Part shown: piece after piece, positions 58,199-64,000 of the stretch
How the letters are laid out: each line of letters opens with the position of its first letter
Position numbering within the stretch: position 1 is the stretch's first letter
Source of the DNA: Dehalococcoidia bacterium
GTDB taxonomy: Bacteria > Chloroflexota > Dehalococcoidia > Plut-88900
Direction: 5' to 3'
DNA length: 64,000 nucleotides
Assembly (NCBI GenBank): GCA_965249275.1
Contig: CBDFLQ010000006.1
Span: 576,001 to 640,000 of the forward strand
Program-made: the position numbers and the translations under genes
The notes under the pieces: model-generated
Databases searched by the model: none
What the model was told of the DNA's origin: nothing
Seen by the model: only the letters and a program-made list of their open reading frames with translations

Positions 58199-59254
58199 CT
58201 AGCTTTCCTCAATCATTGCTTTCAGGGCGTTAATGCGGGGGACGGGGGACGGGTCGGCCCCGTAAAGCAAGCCCAGGTAGTAACTAGCGTAGTCTCCCAA
58301 CACCGTCAGGCTCATTATTTGCGCCAAGACTGACTCTCCCTCCGCCTCGACAACACTCTGCCCGACCCCGCTCCTTCTCAGAAGCTCGACAATGCCGTCA
58401 TAGGTGGACTGGAGGCGCTCATCCACGGCATTAGCGCCCAAGAGGACAACGTGGGTCTGATCAGAGACATTGCCGGGCCTTTCCAGACCCTCAACCGCAT
58501 TGTGGCCCGCCTCCGGCAGTATTTCGTAGAATGCCCAAGACTTGCCGTTTTCGTTGAGTTGGGTCTTCCATCGCCGGGCTACGCAGCTGAATATATCACC
58601 GGCGTAGACCACAATCAAATTCTCCATCAACTGCCAGGCCAGCGTCTTGGCGAGGTTATCCTCTGTCGGGGTGGACTCTGAATACTGCTCCGAAAGCCGT
58701 TCGATCAGCTCAATGGTCTCCTCCACATCCGACTCAAGGTTTTCGACCAACTCAAGCCTGTTCATGCAGGACAGGAGTGTGAAGAGGCAATAGCCAAGCG
58801 CAGCGCGAGGCTCGGAAACTATGTCAATGGCGTAGACCGGTATCCCGTTCTCCGCTGCCGTCTCCTCCATTCGACCTCCCCCCGTCACGGCCACCTTACA
58901 CCCCGACAACCCAAGATCGAAGGCGGAGAGTGTCTCCTCGGTGTTGCCTGAGTAGCTTGACCCGATGACAAGGGTCTCATCGTCGAGCGGACTGGGATAC
59001 TCGAAGCCGCGAAACACCTCCACCGGAGGGCCGCCTGCCTGCAAGACTACCGTCTGAAGATAGTCGGCCGCTATGGCCGAACCACCCATGCCGAAATGCA
59101 CTACGCGGTCCACGTGTCTGTAGCTCTCTGGCATGTCCGGCACAGGTACGGTGTTCCATCCCTTGCGGCACTGCTCGGCCATCGTCCGTAACCGGATCCG
59201 CAGCCTTGATTGGTCAAGGACGTCGTAGATTCCGTGGTCGTCCAGGTCTATCAT
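58199..59254 (-). CDS. Bifunctional phosphoglucose/phosphomannose isomerase
   Basis: GMGGSAI, SYSGNTEET, PRAALG, RWKTQLNENGK, PEAGHN. Confidence 0.93.
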   Translation of the reverse strand: MIDLDDHGIYDVLDQSRLRIRLRTMAEQCRKGWNTVPVPDMPESYRHVDRVVHFGMGGSAIAADYLQTVVLQAGGPPVEVFRGFEYPSPLDDETLVIGSSYSGNTEETLSAFDLGLSGCKVAVTGGGRMEETAAENGIPVYAIDIVSEPRAALGYCLFTLLSCMNRLELVENLESDVEETIELIERLSEQYSESTPTEDNLAKTLAWQLMENLIVVYAGDIFSCVARRWKTQLNENGKSWAFYEILPEAGHNAVEGLERPGNVSDQTHVVLLGANAVDERLQSTYDGIVELLRRSGVGQSVVEAEGESVLAQIMSLTVLGDYASYYLGLLYGADPSPVPRINALKAMIEES

Positions 59255-59256
59255 CG

Positions 59257-60684
59257 TTATGCGGAGGCCAGGGCTCGACCGGCGTTCAGAAGTCGGTCAA
59301 CGCCCTCCATGCTCCTGCTTTCGGCGTAGATTCTCATTAGGGGCTCGGTGCCCGAGAAACGGAACAGGAGCCAGCTCCCATCCTCGAACTCGAAGCGGGA
59401 CCCGTCCGTCCTGTCCAGCCGGGACACGGGCATTCCGGCTATGGAGTCGGGCTGTGCATTTGCTATCCGCTCCCTGGCCTGCTCTTTGGCAGCTCCCGAG
59501 ATAGGCGTGTCGACGCGGTCATAATGGTGCGGCCCGACAAGATCATAAAGGTCACCAATTAGCTGTGATACCGTCCTGCCGGTCTGGGCCAGGAGGTCCA
59601 GTATGTAGAGGGAGGCCAAGATCCCGTCCCGCTCCGGGACGTGGCCCCGGAAACCGAAACCCCCGCTTTCCTCTCCCCCGATAAGGGCGTCTTCCGCCAT
59701 CATCTTCGGCCCGATGTGCTTGAAGCCGACTGCGGTCTCGTGGACGGGTACGCCATACCGTTCTCCCAGCCGGTCTATCATCCTGGTTGTGGTGATGGAC
59801 TTGATCATCGGGCCCCTCTCCCCCCGCACTTCCAAAAGATAGTAGGCAAGCAGACCGAAAATCTGGAGAGGAGTGAGGATGTTCCCGTGCTCGTCGGCGA
59901 CGCCGACCCTGTCGGCATCCCCGTCGGTGGCGAGGCCCACGTCGGCGCCGGTCTTTCTGACCTGGACCTTCAGTTTGGCGAGGTTACGGGCTATAGGCTC
60001 CGGCTGCCCGAGCCCCGGGAACAGGGGGTTGCGGGTCCGGTGTATCTCACTCACCTTCGCAGAGCCCTCGTCAACAATTCGCTTTACGTAGCCGATGCCC
60101 GCCCCGTACATCGAATCCACGGCCACCCCCAGCCCCGACTCCCTGATCCTATCCAGATCGACCAGTGTTGCGACTTGGCGCTCGTATGCGGGCACCAGGT
60201 CCACTGTCTTGATGAGGCAATCAGCGTTCGTGTCTTCTGCGTTGGGCTTGGGCACACCGCCGCGCTCTTGAATATCGGCGATTATGGATTCCAGCGTAGC
60301 GGTTATCTCAGGAGTGGCGCTTCCCGCGTACTCAGGCTTGAACTTGAAGCCGTTCCATTCCGCGGGATTGTGGCTGGCCGTAATGACAACCGCCCCCGCC
60401 GCTCCCCTGTTCATGACTGCGTAGCTGGCGACGGGGGTCGGGACGGGAGAGATGCTGAGATAGGCTCGGATGCCGTTGGCCGCAAGGACTCCTGCCACGT
60501 CGTAGGCGAAGCGCTCGGAGAGGAAGCGGGTATCGTACCCGACCACCACCCCCCGCCCCCCGAGTCCCCTGCCCATAACGTATTCGGCAACGGCTTGCGC
60601 GCATATGCGGACATTGGAAAAGGTGAAGTCGTCGGCGATGAGGCCACGCCAACCGTCGGTCCCAAATTTAATCTCGCCCGGCAT
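59257..60684 (-). CDS. Phosphoglucomutase/phosphomannomutase
   Basis: FGTDGWRG, TASHNP, DGDADR, GGEESGG, RFSGTEP. Confidence 0.96.
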   Translation of the reverse strand: MPGEIKFGTDGWRGLIADDFTFSNVRICAQAVAEYVMGRGLGGRGVVVGYDTRFLSERFAYDVAGVLAANGIRAYLSISPVPTPVASYAVMNRGAAGAVVITASHNPAEWNGFKFKPEYAGSATPEITATLESIIADIQERGGVPKPNAEDTNADCLIKTVDLVPAYERQVATLVDLDRIRESGLGVAVDSMYGAGIGYVKRIVDEGSAKVSEIHRTRNPLFPGLGQPEPIARNLAKLKVQVRKTGADVGLATDGDADRVGVADEHGNILTPLQIFGLLAYYLLEVRGERGPMIKSITTTRMIDRLGERYGVPVHETAVGFKHIGPKMMAEDALIGGEESGGFGFRGHVPERDGILASLYILDLLAQTGRTVSQLIGDLYDLVGPHHYDRVDTPISGAAKEQARERIANAQPDSIAGMPVSRLDRTDGSRFEFEDGSWLLFRFSGTEPLMRIYAESRSMEGVDRLLNAGRALASA

Positions 60685-60739
60685 CTACCAGATTGTACCG
60701 CAGCAGGATGCTGCCGGACGATTCGAGGGGGTATGTCTG

Positions 60740-61981
60740 CTAACCGGCTTGTACCTGGCCCCGTGTCCCGGCATCGGTCATCAGAGCCTCGGCCTTGTCG
60801 GTGTGCTCCCAGGGCAGATCCAAGTCTAAACGCCCGAAGTGGCCGTAGGCGGCAGTGGGTCGGTAGATGGGACGCCGAAGGTCCAGCATCTCGATAATGG
60901 CCGCTGGCCTGAGATCGAAGTGCTTTTTGGTGAGATCCATGATCAAGTCATCGGGGACTTTGCCCGTGCCAAAGGTCTCGACGGCTACGGAAATGGGGTG
61001 GGCCACGCCAATGGCGTAGGAAAGTTGCACTTCCAGCCTGTCCGCGAGTCCCGCGGCTACCAGGTTCTTGGCAACGTAGCGGGCCGCATAGCTGGCGGAG
61101 CGGTCTACCTTGGTCGGGTCCTTGCCTGAGAAGGCGCCGCCACCGTGTCGGGCCACACCGCCATAGGTGTCGACGATAATCTTCCGTCCTGTGAGCCCCG
61201 CGTCCCCCATCGGGCCACCGACTACGAAGCGCCCCGTGGGATTCACATGGTATTTCGTATTAGCGTCCAGCAGGTCGGCCGGTATGACTTTCATAACGAC
61301 GTTTTCAATAAGGTCACTCTCAATTTGTGAGTGAGTTGCATTGGGGTCATGCTGGGAGCTGAGGACAACCGTGTCGACCCTTACCGGTACGCCATACCGA
61401 TATTCGACGGTCACCTGAGACTTTCCGTCGGGGCGGAGGTAGGGGAGGGTGCCATCCTTGCGGATTGCGGCCATTTGGCGGCAGAGCTTGTGCGCCAGGG
61501 AGATGGTCATGGGCATCAGCTCTGGGGTGTCGTTGCAGGCGAAGCCGATCATCATACCCTGGTCCCCGGCGCCGATGAGGTCGAAGTTGTGGCTCTCCTG
61601 GATCGGGAGCTCCTGCTCCTTGGCCTCCAGCGAGCGGTTGACGCCCAGGGCAATATCGCCGGACTGCTCCTTTATGGATACGATCACGCCACAGGTCTCG
61701 TAGTCGAAGCCGTACTTGGCCCGGGTGTAGCCCGCGTCACGAATCACGTCCCGGGCGATAGCGGGAATGTCAACATAGGAATTGGTGGTGATCTCTCCGG
61801 CGATCAGTACGAGGCCGGTGGTAGTTGCGGTCTCGCATGCCACGCGCCCCTGGGGGTCTTGGGCCAGGATCGCATCCAGGACTCCGTCGGAAATCTGGTC
61901 GCACAGCTTGTCGGGGTGGCCTTCGGTGACTGACTCCGAGGTGAGCATGTAGGACTCGGAAGTCATCAGGGTTGTGCTCAA
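60740..61981 (-). CDS. metK: S-adenosylmethionine synthetase
   Basis: [37 protein letters not shown]. Confidence 0.98.
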   Translation of the reverse strand: MSTTLMTSESYMLTSESVTEGHPDKLCDQISDGVLDAILAQDPQGRVACETATTTGLVLIAGEITTNSYVDIPAIARDVIRDAGYTRAKYGFDYETCGVIVSIKEQSGDIALGVNRSLEAKEQELPIQESHNFDLIGAGDQGMMIGFACNDTPELMPMTISLAHKLCRQMAAIRKDGTLPYLRPDGKSQVTVEYRYGVPVRVDTVVLSSQHDPNATHSQIESDLIENVVMKVIPADLLDANTKYHVNPTGRFVVGGPMGDAGLTGRKIIVDTYGGVARHGGGAFSGKDPTKVDRSASYAARYVAKNLVAAGLADRLEVQLSYAIGVAHPISVAVETFGTGKVPDDLIMDLTKKHFDLRPAAIIEMLDLRRPIYRPTAAYGHFGRLDLDLPWEHTDKAEALMTDAGTRGQVQAG

Positions 61982-62027
61982 TATATTCTCCTTAGCTCTT
62001 TAATGTGATTGCGTGATCAGGAGACGA

Positions 62028-63293
62028 TCAAGTCCCCGACTCCCAACTGTTGGCGTACTTCACCTGTTCCTCGGTCAACTCGTCAATCTGGATGCCCATG
62101 GATAGGAGTTTAAGACGCCCGACCTGCTGGTCGATCTCCCGTGGCACGGGGTGGACTCCCGGCCCGAGGCTCCCAGCCGACTTGACCATGTATTCCGCGC
62201 AAAGGGCCTGGTTGGCAAAGCTCATGTCCATAACACTAGCCGGGTGTCCCTCTGCAGCGGCGAGGTTTATCAACCTGCCCTCGGCGAGAAGGTTGATCCG
62301 TCGGCCGTCGGCGAAGGTGTACTCCCGGACCACGCCTCTGATATCACGCTGACCTACGGACATCTCCTCAAGGGCTTCCACGTTTATCTCAACGTTGAAG
62401 TGGCCGCTGTTGGCAACCAGGGCTCCGTCCTTAATCACGGCCAAGTGGTGCGTGTCGATGGCCCGGTAGCCGCCCGTAACGGTTACGAAGATGTCCCCTA
62501 TCTTCGCCGCATCCATCATGGGCATGACTTGGTAGCCGTCCATCACGGCCTCCAAGGCCTTGATGGGGTCCACCTCCGCCACCACGACCCGGGACCCGAG
62601 TCCTCGGGCCCGGCTGGCTATTCCCCGGCCGCACCATCCGTAGCCGCATACAACCAGGGTCTTGCCGGCGAAAAGGACGTTGGTAGCCCGGATAATCCCG
62701 TCCAGGGTACTCTGGCCGGTGCCATAACGGTTGTCGAACATATGCTTGGTGTCGGCTTCGTTGACGCTGATGACGGGGTAGAGCAGCTTGCCGTCGGAGG
62801 CCATGCTCCTGAGGCGGATAACTCCGGTGGTAGTCTCCTCCATCCCGCCGACCATGCCATCTAACAATTCGGTCCTGTCACGGTGCACGGTTGCAACAAG
62901 GTCGGCGCCATCGTCGAGGGTCATGTGGGGTTTGAGGTCGAGGGCGGAATTTAGGTGGTTGTAATACAGGTCCTCGTCCTCACCCCGGACGGCGAAGACA
63001 GGTATGCCATGATTGACGACCAAAGAAGCAGCGACGTCGTCCTGCGTGCTCAGGGGGTTGCTGGCGCAAAGGGCGACCTGCGCTCCCCCCTCCTTGAGAG
63101 TCAGAATCAGGTTGGAGGTCTCCGTGGTGACGTGAAGACAGGCCGCAATCCGCATGCCTTCCAGGGGTTTCTCCTTGGAAAAGCGCTCCTGGATACTGCG
63201 CAGGACCGGCATCTCCCGGGCCGCCCAGTCCATGCGGTCCTGGCCCTCGACGGCGCGGCCCGCGTCTTTGATGTCAGATGCTATTGTTGCCAT
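62028..63293 (-). CDS. ahcY: Adenosylhomocysteinase
   Basis: [53 protein letters not shown]. Confidence 0.98.
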   Translation of the reverse strand: MATIASDIKDAGRAVEGQDRMDWAAREMPVLRSIQERFSKEKPLEGMRIAACLHVTTETSNLILTLKEGGAQVALCASNPLSTQDDVAASLVVNHGIPVFAVRGEDEDLYYNHLNSALDLKPHMTLDDGADLVATVHRDRTELLDGMVGGMEETTTGVIRLRSMASDGKLLYPVISVNEADTKHMFDNRYGTGQSTLDGIIRATNVLFAGKTLVVCGYGWCGRGIASRARGLGSRVVVAEVDPIKALEAVMDGYQVMPMMDAAKIGDIFVTVTGGYRAIDTHHLAVIKDGALVANSGHFNVEINVEALEEMSVGQRDIRGVVREYTFADGRRINLLAEGRLINLAAAEGHPASVMDMSFANQALCAEYMVKSAGSLGPGVHPVPREIDQQVGRLKLLSMGIQIDELTEEQVKYANSWESGT

Positions 63294-63395
63294 GGGGCGT
63301 TAAGGCTCTCTTTCTGAAGTTGCTGGAAGTAAGGTGCGGGAGTCGGGCGCAAAGGAGGCGCGCTAACGCCGAATGGCGAGGAGGAAGCGAGCCTC

Positions 63396-63743
63396 TTATT
63401 CGATCGGGTAACCGTCATCCGCCCAGGCTCCGGTCCCGCCTTCTATATTGTACAGATTCATATATTCGAAAGCGGCGGCCATCTCGCAAGCCAGGGCGCT
63501 GCGTACTCCCATGGCGCAAATGAATAGAAGTTTCTTGTCCTTGTCCAACTCGTCCATCCTGGTAAACAGGTCATCGACTGGAATAAGAGTTGCGCCGGGC
63601 ACATGCCCCGCGTCCCACTCGTCCTGGTTCCGCACGTCTATGAGTTGGACGTTGCCGTCAGCTAACATTTCACTGGCAGCTTTGGGGGTGATCCTGGTAA
63701 AGGGCTCGCCCTCTTCCTGCCAAACGTCTTGTCCCGAAGCCAT
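63396..63743 (-). CDS. Rhodanese-like domain protein
   Basis: IDVR...EW..GHVPGA..IP, active-site loop CAMGVRS, GG..AW...G.P. Confidence 0.93.
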   Translation of the reverse strand: MASGQDVWQEEGEPFTRITPKAASEMLADGNVQLIDVRNQDEWDAGHVPGATLIPVDDLFTRMDELDKDKKLLFICAMGVRSALACEMAAAFEYMNLYNIEGGTGAWADDGYPIE

Positions 63744-64000
63744 TTCGCCCTCCCGGCTTCAACTATCCGACCCCGCAATACCGGGGCCCGTGGTTCGATC
63801 TAACAGTTTAACGCCTGAGGGGTGCAAAGGCCAGAAACAGACACTCTTCGGACTCACAAATACTTCCCTATCAAGGGCTCGAGGTCCGACTTCACCTGTT
63901 CGGGTATCGCTTCCCGGGCGGTTATGATTGCGTTTTGCAAGGCGCTGGGGCACACACACTGCTCCCGACCCGGCACGTCCGACATGAGCCGCCTGACTAT

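Noticed and set aside
63294-63395. SAH or SAM riboswitch upstream of ahcY/metK
   Set aside because: Could not find recognisable SAM-I or SAH consensus elements by eye. An Infernal/Rfam scan would be decisive.
63759-64000. 66-aa ORF or ncRNA at the window end
   Set aside because: No motif or RBS; looks like a divergent promoter region. A plus-strand gene may start near 63984 but cannot be judged.

Overview
GC-rich (roughly 60%, estimated by eye) bacterial chromosome segment. Gene content and order suggest Chloroflexota, probably Dehalococcoidia/SAR202-like; this is an inference from rpsL-rpsG-fusA-rpsJ lacking tuf, an F420-type PPOX gene, the bifunctional PGI/PMI and a pimA-pgsA-like pair. 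Most of the window is core genome: prfB with its +1 frameshift, infC(ATA start)-rpmI-rplT, rex, a complete F0F1 ATP synthase operon, an EF-G paralog, etfBA, five tRNAs, the str/S10/spc/alpha/L13-S9 ribosomal superoperon, and ahcY-metK-PGM-PGI/PMI. Small accessory insertions and oddities are scattered through it. The atp operon contains an extra 75-aa winged-helix-like gene between atpG and atpD, and its subunit a carries a ~114-aa His/acidic insertion. Three Rex-like operators sit on the rex, atp and etf promoters. An unannotated 52-aa gene has its own promoter and RBS. Other accessory elements are a DUF5678-like + retropepsin-like two-gene module beside tRNA-Leu, a solo Cas4-like nuclease converging on a Pycsar-effector-like membrane protein, an AT-rich orphan bracketed by a diverged duplicate of the 3' end of a BHMT-like gene, an intact vapBC pair, a decayed hicBA pair and two copies of a REP-like palindrome. 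No CRISPR array, rRNA, integrase or transposase was seen. All family calls come from motif recognition by eye, not database searches.
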